Source: Mobula hypostoma (lineage: Eukaryota). Taken from it: DNA of 64,000 nt. The stretch's first letter is position 1. Every line of letters starts with the position of its first letter. This document shows, one piece after another, positions 36,309 to 49,337 of the stretch. The stretch spans positions 26,784,001-26,848,000 of the forward strand of contig NC_086105.1 in the NCBI RefSeq assembly GCF_963921235.1, in the 5' to 3' direction. Under the pieces are notes generated by a model that saw only the letters and a program-made list of their open reading frames with translations, was not told the origin of the DNA and made no database searches. Made by a program: the position numbers and the translations under genes.

Positions 36309-38043
36309 CTGCAAGAGAAGTATTCAATATGTGTACCAACATACAGATATAAACATAATTTAAGCAACACAAGACATTCTTATTAAGCATTTTCCTTTAT
36401 CCACTGAATACTGAAATATCTCTGTATACAGTTCCTCAGTTGAAAGTTTGCAACTTGTCAAGCAAAGGCAATTTCAGCATCTAGTTAAGCCATGGTAGAG
36501 ACACAGTGATGTCCAGGAGTGTTGGGCAGACGAGTTAAAACATGTGAAAGAAGATGGGGTTATCCAGGTTCCAAGTTTTGGGAAGGCCAAGACATGATGA
36601 TGTGGAAAGATCAATCAATGAATGATGATAATTTTTTTAAAAAATCAAGGCATTGGGAGGGAGTAACAAATTAAAAAGATTAAGAATGATGGGGGAAGTG
36701 GAGCTTGGAAGGGAACAGCAACCAGATTTTAAACATGCAGCTTAAAATAACCGTAATAAATGTCTTAGAACAGGAAAATGATGTACTGTACTTGTGGTAA
36801 AGGTGGTTGAAGAAAGCTTGTGGTGAGTTTAAAACAAAGGTAGAAGTCAACAGTTTAAATAATGGATAGGAAACAAAGCATTTTGAAATTGAACAAGGGA
36901 TTAAAAATTAGCATCATCATATTTGCTCTGAATAAGCAACTAGAGAGCAGTGAGAATCAAGGCAAGAATGAATGGTTTCTCTCAAGAATGAAGTAAGATG
37001 GCTTCAGAATTGCTAACATAAGGTTGCTGAGGGTTACAGTTCATCCACTGATTAATATCACTCAAATAATTTGACAGCATGGAGGTGAACTGATGATAAG
37101 AGAAGTGGAACTAGATATCACTAGGTGGATCCCCAGAAACAAAAATCTTTAAGGGGCATCATATGAATAAGGAAAACATATAGCTAACCACGCAACTTTA
37201 GAACACTCCTGAGGTAACTATAGAGGGAAAGAAATAATATCAGAACCATGTAGATTCTTTCAGACAGGTTACAATGGTTTGGGCAAAAGTAATTCCACAG
37301 AGCTGGAACACACAGAAAAATCAAATATTCTATGGGAATGTAGAAATCAAAGCGAACAGAGTGGGATAGCAATTTTTCCTTCAAAGAAAATGCTGGGAGT
37401 ATTCAAATTGTCATTTAGCTTCTGTGAAGAGAAATTCAGAGTTGAAATTTCAAGCCAACATCTTGTTAGTAGAAATAATAAATGAGACACAAGAGGCTTT
37501 AAGCAAAGTAGTATTGTAAGGAAGGTGTCAGACTGCCAGGCGAAGGTTGGCTGGAGTACAAAAAGATTCAGATTCACTTAATTATCACATGTACATCAAA
37601 ACCTATGTAACATGTGTTGTTTGATTTAATAACCAACACAAACTAAAGATGTGCTGGGGCAGCCCACCAGTGTTGCCACACATTCCAGCACCAACATAGC
37701 ATCCCCACCATATTCAGCAGAAACTAAAGTTGTCTGTGGTAAGGTAATATACAGGAGTAATTAAAGATGAGATGCAAAAATGTAGGAATGAAAATTAACA
37801 AGAGGGTCTGGAGATGTTTAAAATGACAAAAGCAAAATAATTATCAGAAATTGGTGTCTGTAAAAAGGAGATACAATCTGCAATTATTGAACTCAATGTT
37901 GAATCTGCAAGGCCGTTATGTATCTTAATTAGAAGACAAAATGCTGACTATTGGACTTCAATTCAGGTACATTAGAAGTGTGTGTCGGAGGCTGGAAATA
38001 GAGGGATCAGAGTGAGTGCAGCAAAATGATAAGTGAAGACTTT

Positions 38044-38313
38044 CTTCTTCTACTACCCATTGTGTTTTCTCCCCTTCCTTCTTCACCTTTCCTGCCTATC
38101 AGCTCCCTGCTTCCCCTCCCCCACCCCTTTATCTTTCTCCTTACTGGTTTTTCACCTGGAACCTACCAGCCTTCTCCTTCCCACCCTCCCCCACCTTCTT
38201 TATAGGGCCTCTGCCCCTTCCCTCTACAGTCCTGACGAAGGGTTCCGGCCCAAAACGTCGACCGATCTTTTCCACGGATGCTGCCCGACCTGCTGAGTTC
38301 CTCCAGCGTGTTG
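38044..38313 (+). mobile_element. Short non-coding Penelope pLTR-derived insertion with a mutated hammerhead
   Basis: Perfect 14-bp TSD TAAGTGAAGACTTT (38030-38043, 38314-38327). Core CAGTC-CTGACGA-AGGGTTCCGGCCC-AAAA-CGTC-GACCG has G12 changed to A. Confidence 0.85.
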
Positions 38314-38768
38314 TAAGTGAAGACTTTAATCAGGTACTTTACAAACTTCTCTTGCATTATTCCTTTCCTTCCTTCCTCTGTACTTGCTTAAAAGCCGCAA
38401 CATTTCTAACATTGTCCCTGATCTGAAATTATAAGTTTATCCTGCCACAGATGGCATCTGAGCCACTGACTATTTTTAATTTTACAATTTATTTTAGTGG
38501 ATTTTTTTCTTTCCCAATTCATTATACTGAGTTCAATACATTAGATAATCCTGTAGCAGACACAGCATGGAAACTGAAAAAGCAATCAAAAACTACAATG
38601 TTTTGACTATGTAGCACTGAACAATTATACTTCACTGTGAAAAAAGCTGCAGGACTCTAATCTCACCATTATGCATTAAGGGTTTGTTGTTTCCTAATGA
38701 AGACAGTGATTAAGTGCTTGGTAACCTTAATTCTTCTTATAACCGACATCTGTTTCATGTTACTGTAC

Positions 38769-38878
38769 CTGTCAGATGTAATGGTAAGCATATCTGTATT
38801 TTTGTCATATCGATTTCCTACAAGTTTAATGAGTTTCTTCTTGGCATGGTCATCCAAATTGAGATTCAAAAGTCTGAC
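38769..38878 (-). CDS. MRPS35: MRPS35 exon 6
   Basis: 110 nt with AG/GT borders, encoding [37 protein letters not shown]. Confidence 0.96.
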
Positions 38879-39069
38879 CTATAAAATATGAAGAAAAAAA
38901 ATATATATACATATTTCCACGAACAATACTAGAATTATAATGGTCAATTACCAAATGAAAGGAGATAAGCAAAGCCATTATTTTCCCCAAGAGGATAATG
39001 AAACCATCTGGTGCCTATCCATGATCCAACAATGTTTCAAAACAGTATTTTATAAACCTTCTTATTACC

Positions 39070-40125
39070 TATTTTCAGAAGGCTGCTGACAGGTGCCACA
39101 TATGAGGCTGCTAAACAAGATAAAATCCCATGGTATACAGGAAAGGTAATAGCATGGATAAAAGATTGGATGACTGGCAGAGACAAAAAGTGGGAATAAG
39201 GGGGCCTTTTTTTGGTTTGTTGCTGGTGACTAGTGTTGTTTTGCAGGGGTTCTTATTAGGTCCGCTACTTTTCACATTATATCTTAATAACCTGGATGAA
39301 TGAGTTGTTGGCTTTGTGGCCAAGTTTGCAGATTACACAAAGATAGGTGAAGGGGCAGATAATGTTGAGGAAGCAGCGAGTCTATAGGAGAACTTAGACA
39401 GATTGGGTGAATGGGCAAAGAAGTGGCAGATGGAATACAGTGCAGTGAAGTATATCTTGATGCATTTTAGTAGAAGGAATAAAGGTGTAGATGATTTTTT
39501 AATTGCGAAGAGAATTCAGAAATTGGAGGTGCAAAGGGACTTTGAAGTCCTAGTGCAGGATTCCCGAAAGGTTAGCTTGCAAGTTGAGCCAGTGGTAAGG
39601 AAGTCAAAAGCATGTTTTGGGCTCCATATCTAAGCACCAGAGAGAAGTTTATAAAGAAAGATCCCAGGGATGAAAAGTTTAACATGAAGTGCGTTTGATG
39701 GTCCAGTACCTTCTGGAGTTTATAAGGATGAGGAGAAATCTTTTTGAAACCCACTGAATATTGAAAGGCTTGTATAGTGTGGACATGGAGAGGACGTTTC
39801 CAGTATCGGGAGTCTAAGATCATCTGGCAGAGCCTCAGAATAAAAGGATGTCCTTTTAGATCAGAAAAACAAGGATGCCTCTTTAGATCAGAGATGAAAA
39901 GGAATTTCATTAACCAGAGGATGGTAATTCTGTGTAATTCATTGCCACAGAGGGCTGTGGAGTCATTAAAGTGGTGTTTGATAGGTTATTGATTAGTAAG
40001 AGTGTCAAACAACATGGGGCAAAGGCAGGAGAATAGGGTTGAGAGGGGAAAATAAATCAGTCATGATCAAATGGCGGAGTAGACTGATGGGCCATATGAC
40101 CTAATTCTGCTCCTATGTGTAATGA
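39070..40125 (+). mobile_element. Degraded CR1 LINE 3' part
   Basis: AKFADYTK, GEWAKKWQMEY and CR1 3' UTR motifs, with a short internal duplication at about 39844-39892. Confidence 0.85.
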
Positions 40126-41195
40126 AGTTATAGCAATACAGCCATAAAGTTACCAATCCTCAAGTCAACCGTTTCAATGTATATAGGAATAACCTTAAAC
40201 ACAATATCCTTAGTTGCTCATAATGGTCTTTGGAGGGAACAGCACTGCTATTTGAAACTGGATATGAGCAAATAGGCACCTTGTCTCCTGTCCCTGTTGA
40301 TAAATAGAAATTAACATTTTGAATTTCATTAATCCTGCTTTCATAAATCACTATTGTAGTTTTGCAGGGCTCATTATGTTAGAAAGACCAATTTATCAGC
40401 ATTGAAATGAAATGGTTACTAAATTATTTGTGACCATGATGAGAATCCATTTTCCAAAACTTTGCTTCTTTTTTCTATAAAATATGTATGTAGATCAGTT
40501 TCAATAAATATATTATAGTTTTACAGCTGGATATGGTGAGAAAAGAAAAAGTGGATGGGATTACTGATGGGAAAAGGAGGAACGAGGTGAACACTAAGCT
40601 AATTCTACCTATTAAAATTGTGATTCACTCCCACCTATTCAAGTGAAATTAGGGATGGGCAATAATCTTGAAAATAAAATCCAAAGTGCAACCATAATAA
40701 ACAAAAAAAATTACATTTAGAAACAAGTTCCGGCTGGAAAATTACTGTAGCATCTACTTCCCGCAGGCCAGCAGCACTAGGAAGATTGTGTTGTTTTTGT
40801 GCTTTCTGCTTACTAAACAGAAGATTAAAGAACAAATCAGCTCCAGGGTGCTTGAGATCAGAGATCCTTAACTGGGGATGGAGATTCAGGTGGCTGCATT
40901 TCCCCCATGGACTTTGATGAATGATTTCATGATCTCTGGTTGCACAAAAATGCTCAAGTTACATCTTAACTCTTTCATCTTTACCAGAAGCTGCCAACCT
41001 GCTTGCACTAGGAAGGAAACTTATGGCGGTTAAAAAGAATAGAGGATAATCAACAGCATTATTTAAAACAAAAGAACTAATTGTCTCACTGCATTATTTC
41101 AGAATGAGTGGACTTTACTAAAAGGCTCTAACTGGGTTTCTTCACAGTTGCAGTAGTTAGAAACAACTCAAGAGCTCATCAACTTGGCCATAAAG

Positions 41196-41275
41196 CAGGG
41201 GTTCCCAACCTTTCTAACACCATGGACCAATGCCATTAAGCAAGAGGTCCATGGACCCCAGATTGGAAACCCCTG
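41196..41275. mobile_element. hAT-type MITE (80 bp)
   Basis: TIRs CAGGGGTTCCCAACC / GATTGGAAACCCCTG and an 8-bp TSD CCATAAAG / CCTTAAAG (7 of 8 identical). Confidence 0.8.
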
Positions 41276-41379
41276 CCTTAAAGGAACATATGAACAAAAT
41301 CGCTATTTTCTTGGCACTGAAATGCTGTTTGTTTGCATGTGGTAGTTCTAGTGATTCCCATGTTTATTGAAAGGCACCT

Positions 41380-41655
41380 CAAGAGTTTGGTGGTTAACAT
41401 CATCTACGTTATTTTACAAGCTTCTACTGATGCACTGTTGTAAGTATCTTGACTAGATGCATCATTGGCTGGTATGGCAATTGCAATACACAGCAAAGCA
41501 AGAAGCTGCAGAGTGCAGTGGACACACCTCAGATCCTCACAAGCAGAATCATCTCTGTCACTGAAAGCATCTATAAGAGGCACTTTTTCAAGAAGGCAAC
41601 ATCTATCATCAACAATCCCAACCATGTGGGCCATGTCCTCTTCTTACCAACGTGA
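41380..41655 (+). mobile_element. Rex1/Babar-like fragment
   Basis: SILTRCIIGWYGNC...KKLQSAVDTPQ...KKATSIINNPNHVGHVLF. Confidence 0.75.
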
Positions 41656-42747
41656 AGCAGAAGGGTCGGAAGAAATGCTACCTCATCAGAGGATTAATGA
41701 TAATTATCATTTTTTTTGACTAATGAGATTCACCATCTCTCAGATGACTAAATTTGGATATTTCTTGACTGGTGATATCACTTAGGCAAGCTTAAGGCTA
41801 CAAAGACAGCACTAGAAAGCAAGGAAAGAAACTAGTGGTAACATACTCAGAATTTTTTGTACAATTTTTGTGTCATGGCATTTACTTGAATAAACAGAAC
41901 ACATGCTCCCTCAAGGCAGTATTTATCTTCCTAAAATGTAAACTATAGATGACTGTGAACTTCTCTCACCCTTTTTTACTGAATAAAAATTCCTGTGTTT
42001 GTTTCTTATATATTAATGTGCTGCACATCACATTAACTGGGCATTCTATTTTAGATCTTTTATCATCCATACAGGCCACTGAATTGTTATGGGCAACGTT
42101 ACCAAGAGAATACTGACAATGTGACAGTAGAATATGGTTAATTTCTCAGTCTTTGCTGACAGATGCCTCTTTGTCCTCTTGTTCTCATATTTAAATTCCT
42201 CTAGCACCTCCCAGCACCATTACCAACTACCACAATCTTTCCTTTCAACTCCAGCCTATTGTGTAATAGCCACTTTTCTTAGTTTTGTCATTAATAGCCA
42301 TTTTCAGCACCTGCAATTTATATTCTGAAATTATTTCCTTCAATTAATCAACTTCTGCACATGTGTGATATCCTCTTTAAAATGAATGTTCTTCATTTTA
42401 TTGTGCTTTCTCATTTATTGAGAATACATCCACTAAGGGTTCTGAGCATCTTTCTTCATTAACAATACTGCATAAAAGCAAATTATCCATGCAGGCTGTC
42501 CTTTTTATTTCTTTATTTTAGGAGAATCCTATTTCACTTTCTTCAGATCTCTTTATATTAAATCCATCTAAACCATTCCTTTTCTGGTATTTGGTATATT
42601 AATGACACTGGTACTTTGTTTTTCAACTTTTTCTGCTAACAAGTTAGACACTGTCTTATGAATTTGAAAACTCACTTTATATATGATGTCATTTTAAGCA
42701 CACATTTATGTATTTAGCCAATTCCTTCCCAAATTGCCTAACACATA

Positions 42748-44311
42748 CAGTGGTGCTAGAAAATTTGTAAAGCCTGTAGAATTTTCCCTATTTCTGCAGA
42801 AATATGACCTAAAATGCCATCAGATCTTCACACAAGTCCTCAAGCTGGATAAAGAGAACTCAATTAAGTAAGCAACAGAAAAAAAACATTACACTTGTTC
42901 ATTTATTTATTGAGAAAAATTATCCAATATTACCTGTAGATGTTGGAAAAAAAGTATGTGAACTTTTGTGGTAATGCCTTCTACAAAAGCTATTTGGAGT
43001 CAGGTACTCCAATCAATGAGATGAGATTGGAGGTGGGGGTTATAGAGGTGCCCTGCCCTATAAAAAAGGCACACAAAGTCAGATGACTGACCGAGCCTGC
43101 TGTTCTCAAGGTAGATCTGTTTATGAGCACCATGCATCGATCTAAACAACTTTCGGGGGACTTTAGAAGACTAGTGGAGATGCATACAATTGGAAAAGGC
43201 TACAAAAGCATTTCTAAAGACCTGTGTTCATCAGTCCACAGCAAGAGAAACTGTCTACAAATGGAGGAAGCTCAGTACTGTTGCTACTCTCCCTAGGAGA
43301 CGGTAAGCTGCAAAGATCGCATCAAGAGCACAATGTACAATGCTGAAGAAGGTGACAAAGAACCCAAGGGCAACAGCAAAAGATCTGCAGAAATCTCTAG
43401 GACTTGCTAAAGTCTCTGTTCATGAAAAATACTTAAAAATGGTGTTCATGGAAGGACACCACAAAGGAAACCACTGCTCTCCAAATAAAATATTGCTGCA
43501 CGTCTCAAGTTTGCAAAAGACCACCTGGATGTTCTACAACAATTCTGGGACAATGTTCTGTGGACAGATGACACAAAAGTTCAACTTTTTGCAGAAATGC
43601 ACAATGCTATGATTGGAGGAAAAAGCACACCAACACCAAAACCACATTCCAACTGTGAAGCCTGGAAAAGGAGCATTATTTTGCTGCCTCAGAGCCTGGA
43701 CAGCTTGCAATCATTAATTCAAAATTGCATCAAGACATTTTATAGGACGATGTCAGGGTAGCAAGTCTGCCTGAAGCTTAATAGAAGTTGGATAATGCAA
43801 TAAGACAATGATCCAAAAGACAAGTAAATCACAACAGAATGGTTTAAAAAGAAGAAAATTCGTGTTTTGGAATGGCCGAGTCAAACCCTTGACCTTAAAC
43901 CTATAGAAATATTGTGGAAGGACCTGAAGCAAGCAGTTCACACAAGGAAGCAACCAACATTCCAGAGTTGAAGCAGTATTGTAAGGAGGAACAGCCTAAA
44001 ATTCCTCCTGGCCAACGTGCAGGACTGATCAACAGATACTGGAAACACTTGGTTGAAGTTATTGCTGTACAACAGGGTCACACCAGTTACTGAAAGCAAA
44101 GGTTCACGTATTTTTTCCAACAAATACTTGTAATATTGGGTCATTTTTCTCAATAACTAAATCAACAAGTATAATGTTTTTCTTATTATTTATTTAATTG
44201 GGTTCTCTTATCTAGTTTAGGACTTATGTGAAGATCTGATCACATTTTAGGTAATATTGATGCAGAAATACAGAAAATGCGACAGGGTTCACAAACTTTC
44301 TAGCACCACTA
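42748..44311 (+). mobile_element. Tc1-family DNA transposon with long TIRs and a decayed transposase
   Basis: TA flanks (42746-47, 44312-13) and TIRs of about 220 bp starting CAGTGGTGCTAGAAA. Transposase remnants from about 43132 include MHRSKQLSGD, KNPRATAKDLQKSL, VLWTDDTK, MQ*DNDPK and [15 protein letters not shown], with frameshifts and deletions. Confidence 0.93.
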
Positions 44312-44939
44312 TAATACAACCTTGCAATACTCGTCCTTTGAGGAATTGATTTAGAGTTTCTCACTATATTAATATAGGTAGAACAACTGATTACATTACA
44401 TATTTATATTTTGCAAGTTTCAGTGACTTGTTTGAAGCTAAGTACTTTATCCTCACAAAACAAAATTATCAAAGCAGGATTACATTTTGTTAGAATAAAA
44501 TGTCTTCTTTTCTATGAATTGTATTTAAAATTCCAGTATGCAATGTGGGAAATATCAGATATATCGCCAGAGGCAAGGAGAACAAAACAAAATCATTCAC
44601 ATCAGGATTGTTTTTCCAGCAATAGCATGTTTCAGCGAAAGGAAGATATTATCAGCCTGGTTTCTACACTACAAATTTATATCCAACAGGAGACTTCATG
44701 AGTTGAAAATACAGGGAATGAACTAATTACCCAGAAACTATCCATTTTATCCACATGTTGCTTGTGAATTCAGTAAAGTAGCTCTCAAAACATGAAATTT
44801 AGCTGTTACCCTAGCAGATAAATAGTCAGAAATTCATTCTCTTCTGGGCTACAATCAACAAGCCTTCACTGAGAAAGGGGTTTTATAATGCTCACTGTGT
44901 GGAAGAATTGACATAACCTTAAATAATATACAATAGGTC

Positions 44940-47900
44940 CTTTCTATTAGCAATTCATCACGTCCGCAGTCCGTGTGTAAGTCGGACCGTGAGGTAGCGG
45001 GAGTATTTAAAAGAGAGCAGTTTGTGGAAGTCAGTCATTTTCTTCGGCAGTTGAACAGGGCACGACTGCGCAAGTGCGTGTAAGACGGACCGTGAGGCAG
45101 GAGTATTTAAAAGAGAGCAGATTAATGGAGCAGGCGACGGAGTAGAGGGAGACAGAGTAGGAAGGCTTTGGCTCCTGAGGCTTCGGTGAGCAGAGGCTGA
45201 GGAAGAGCTTCACTCCAAGTGTGGTAAGGCCGGGTAAGTTCCTTTAATAAATCTAATTGCCTTAAGAGTAGGTAATGGAGGCAGCGGTTAGGGCGGTTGA
45301 GTGCTCTGTTTCCAGGATGTGGGAAGTCAGGGCGAGCACAATCGTCCCTGATTACTACACCTGCGAAAGGTGCATCCAGCTGCAGCTCCTGACAAACCGA
45401 GTTAGGGAACTGGAGCTGGAGCTGGATGAACTTCGGATCATTCCGGAGGCAGAGGCAGAAATAGAGAGGAGTTACAGGGAGATAGTCACCCCTAAGAGTC
45501 AGGAGACAGGTAGCTTGGTGACTGTCAGGAGATGGAAGGAGAAGAGACAGAAGGAGCAGAACACCCCTGTGGCCATTCCCATCAATAATAAGTACATCGT
45601 TTTGGATATTGTTGATGGGGACGACCTACCAGGGACAAGTTGCAGTGGTTGCATCTCTGGCACCGAGATGGGACCCACAACTCAGAAGGGAAGGAGGGAA
45701 AAGAGGAGAGCAGTAGTGATAGGGGATTCGATAGTTAGGGGTCAGATAAGAGGTTCTGTGGAAGAGATCGAGAATCGCGGATGGTCTGTTGCCTCCCTGG
45801 TGCCAAGGTCCGCGATATTTCGGATCCAGTTCTCCGTATAGTCAAGAGGAAGGGTGAGCAGCCGGATGTCGTGGTCCATGTAGGGACCAATAACGTGGGT
45901 AGGAAGAATGTGGAGGTCCTGAAAGGTGAGTTTAGGGAGTTAGGCACCAAGTTAAAGGACAGGACCTCCAGGATAGCAATCTCAGGATTGCTACCAGTGC
46001 CACGTGCAGGAGGGTTTAGAAATACTAAGATAGTGCACATCAAGGCACATCAACACGTGGCTGAAGACATGGTGCAGGAGGGAGGGCTTCAGATTTATAG
46101 ATAATTGGGCAGTTTTCCAGGGAAGGTGGGACCTGTTTTGGCGGGACGGTCTACATTTGAATTGGAGGGGGACAAATATTCTTGTGGGTAGGTTTGCTAG
46201 AGGCGCTCCGGTGGATTTAAACTAGATACGAGGGGGGAGGGGAACCAGAGTGTAGGAACAGATGCAGGGAAGAAGGAAGAAAAAGAAAATAGTAAAATTG
46301 TTTGCACAGTTAATGATAAACAGAGAGTAAGAGGTGGAAATTTTCTTAAATACATTTATTTTAATGCTAGGAGCATTGTAAGAAAGGTGGATGAGCTTAA
46401 AGCATGGATTGATACCTGGAAGTATGATGTGGTAGCTATTAGTGAAACATGGTTACAGGAGGGGTATGATTGGAAACTAAGTATCCCTGGATTTAATTGC
46501 TTCAGGTGTGATAGAATCAGAGGGACAAGAGGGGGAGGGGTTGCATTGCTTGTCAGAGAAAATATTATAGCGGTGCTCTGGCAGGATAGATTAGAGGGCT
46601 CGTCTAGGGAGGCTATTTGGGTGGAATTGAGGAATGGGAAAGGCGCAGTAACTCTTATGGGGGTGTATTATAGACCACCAAATGGGGAGCGAGAATTGGA
46701 GGAGCAAATTTGTAAGGAAATAGAAGATATTAGTAGTAGGGACAAGGTTGTGATTGTGGGAGATTTTAATTTTCCACACATAGACTGGGAAGCCCATACT
46801 ATAAAAGGGCTGAATGGTTTGGAGTTTGTAAAATGTGTGCAAGATAGTTTTTTGCAGCAATACATAGAGGTACCAACAAGAGAAGGGGCAGTGTTGGATC
46901 TCCTGTTAGGGAATGAGATAGGTCAGGTGATGGAGGTTTGTGTTGGGGAGCACTTCGGGTCCAGTGATCACAATGCTATTAGGTTGAATATAATTATGGA
47001 GGAGGATAGATCTGGACCCAGGGTTGAAATTTTCGATTGGAGAAAGGCTAACTTTGAGGAGATGCGAAAGGATTTAGAAGGAGTGGATTGGGACAATTTG
47101 TTTTATGGGAAGGATGTAATAGAGAAATGGAGGTCAGTTAAAGGTGAAATTTTGAGAGTACAGAATCTTTATGTTCCTGTTAGGTTGAAAGGAAAGACTA
47201 AAAGTTTGAGAGAGCCATGGTTTTCAAGGGATAATGGAAACTTGGTTCGGGAAAAAAGAGAGATCTACAATAAATATAGACAGCATGGAGTAAATGAGGT
47301 GCTCAAGGAATATAAAGAATGTAAAAAGAATCTTAAGAAAAATTAGAAAAGCTAAAAGAAGATATGAGGTTGCTTTGGCAAGTAAGGTGAAAATAAATCC
47401 CAAGGATTTCTACCGTTACATAAATAGCAAAAGGATAGTGAGAGATAAAATTGGTCCCTTGGAGAATCAGAGTGGACGGCTATGTGCGGAGCCAAAAGAG
47501 ATGGGGGAGATTTTGAACAATTTCTTTTCTTCGGTATTCACTAAGGAGAAGGATATTGAATTATGTAAGATAAGGGAAACGGGCAGGGAAGTTATGGAAA
47601 CTATGGTGATTAAAGTAGTAGTAGTACTGGAACTTTTAAGGAATATAAAAGTGGATAAGTCTCCGGGTCCTGACAGGATATTCCCTAGGACATTGAGGGA
47701 AGTTAGTGTGGAAATAGCAGGGGCTCTGACAGAAATATTTCAAATGTCATTAGAAACTGGGATGGTGCTGGATGATTGGCATATTGCTCATGTTGTTCCA
47801 TTGTTTAAAAAGGGTTCTAAGAGCAAACCTAGCAATTATCTGCCTGTGAGTTTGACGTCAGTGGTGGGTAAATTGATGGAAAGCATTCTTAGAGATGGTA

Positions 47901-49190
47901 TATGTAATTAACTGGATAGACAGGGTCTGATCAGGAACAGTCAACACAGTTTTGTACGTGGAAGGTCATGTTTGACAAATCTTATTGAATTTTTTGAAGA
48001 GGTTACTAGGAATGTTGACGAGGGTAAAGTGGTGGATGTTGTCTATATGGACTTCAGTAAGGCCTTTGGCAAGGTCCCACACGGAAGGTTGGTGAGGAAG
48101 ATTCAATCGTTAGGTATTAATATTGAAATAGTAAAATGGATTCAGCAGTGGCTGGATGGGAGATGCCAGAGAGTGGTGGTGGAAAACTGTTTGTCAGATT
48201 GGAGGCCAGTGACTAGTGGTGTACCTCAGGGAGCTGTACTGGGTCCAATGTTATTTGTCATATACATTAATGATCTGGGTGATGGGGTGGTAAATTGGAT
48301 GAGTAAGTATGCAGATGATACTAAGATAGGTGGAGTTGTGGATAATGAAGTAGGTTTCCAAACCTTGCAGAGAGATTTAGGCCAGATGGCAGGTGGAGTT
48401 TAATGCTGATACACTTTGGTAGGTCTAATCAAAATAGGACATACATGGTAAATGGTAGGGCATTGAAGAATGCAGTAGAACTGAGGGATCTAGGAATAAT
48501 GGTGCATAGTTCCCTGAAGGTGGAATCTCACGTGGATAGGGTGGTGAAGAAAGCTTTTGGTATGCTGGCCTTTATAAATCAGAGCATTGAGTATAGGAGT
48601 TGGGATGTAATGTTGAAATTGTACAAAGCATTGTGCGGCCAAATTTGGAGCATGGTGTACAGTTTTGGTCACCAAATTATAAGAAGGATGTCAAGAAAAT
48701 AGAGAGAGTACAGAGAAGGTTTACGAGAATGTTACCTGCGTTTCATCACCTAAGTTACAGAGAAAGGTTGAACAAGTTGGATCTTTATTCTTCGGAACGT
48801 AGAAGGTTGAGGGGGGAACTCCATAGAGGTATTTAAGATTATGAGAGGGATAGATAGAGTTGACGTGGATAGGTTTTTTCCATTGAGAGTGGGGGAGGTT
48901 CAAACAAAAGGACATGAGTTGAGAGTTAAAGGGCAAAAGTTTAGGGGTAACATGAGGGGGAACCTCTTTACTCAGAGAGTGGTGGCTGTGTGGAACGAGC
49001 TTCCGGCAGAAGTGGTTGAGGCAGGTTCGATGTTGTCGTTTAAAGTTAAACTGGATAGATATATGGACAGGAAAGGAATGGAAGGTTATGAGCTGAGTGC
49101 ACATCGGTGGGACTAGGTGAGAGTGAGAGTTCGGCATGGACTAGAAGGGCCGAGATGGCCTCTTTCCGTGCTGTAATTGTTATATGGTTA
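44940..49190 (+). mobile_element. Near full-length CR1 LINE (5' UTR, ORF1 zinc finger/coiled coil/SGNH esterase, ORF2 APE endonuclease and RT), inactivated
   Basis: ORF1 from 45275 has a Cys motif (CERC), the RVRELELELDELR zipper, VIGDSIVRG, VVHVGTNN and RDGLHLN. ORF2 has ISETW, VGDFNFP, SDHN, QGAVLGP and YADD. Several frameshifts and stops. Tail ...TTATATGGTTATA. The 5' boundary is approximate. Confidence 0.95.
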
Positions 49191-49197
49191 TACTTAC

Positions 49198-49337
49198 TGT
49201 CAAGGTAACCACTCTAGCATTTGGATTTCGGACAGAAGGTCCTGCTGCAACATAATCAGTTGTTTTAATTTCAATAGGAAAATGTTCTTCACATTTTTCG
49301 TCATTATCAAGTGCTGCTGGCCATACAGTGCAGAAAT
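49198..49337 (-). CDS. MRPS35: MRPS35 exon 5
   Basis: 140 nt, acceptor atcag and donor GTAAGT, encoding [47 protein letters not shown]. Confidence 0.96.

Noticed and set aside
36440-37560. Purine-rich stretch possibly from an ancient L2-like LINE
   Set aside because: Too decayed to support by eye.
44927-44931. TATAC as a TSD of the full-length CR1 (also at 49189-49193)
   Set aside because: Short, AT-rich and overlapping the tail repeat. The 5' end of the element is not defined well enough to call it.
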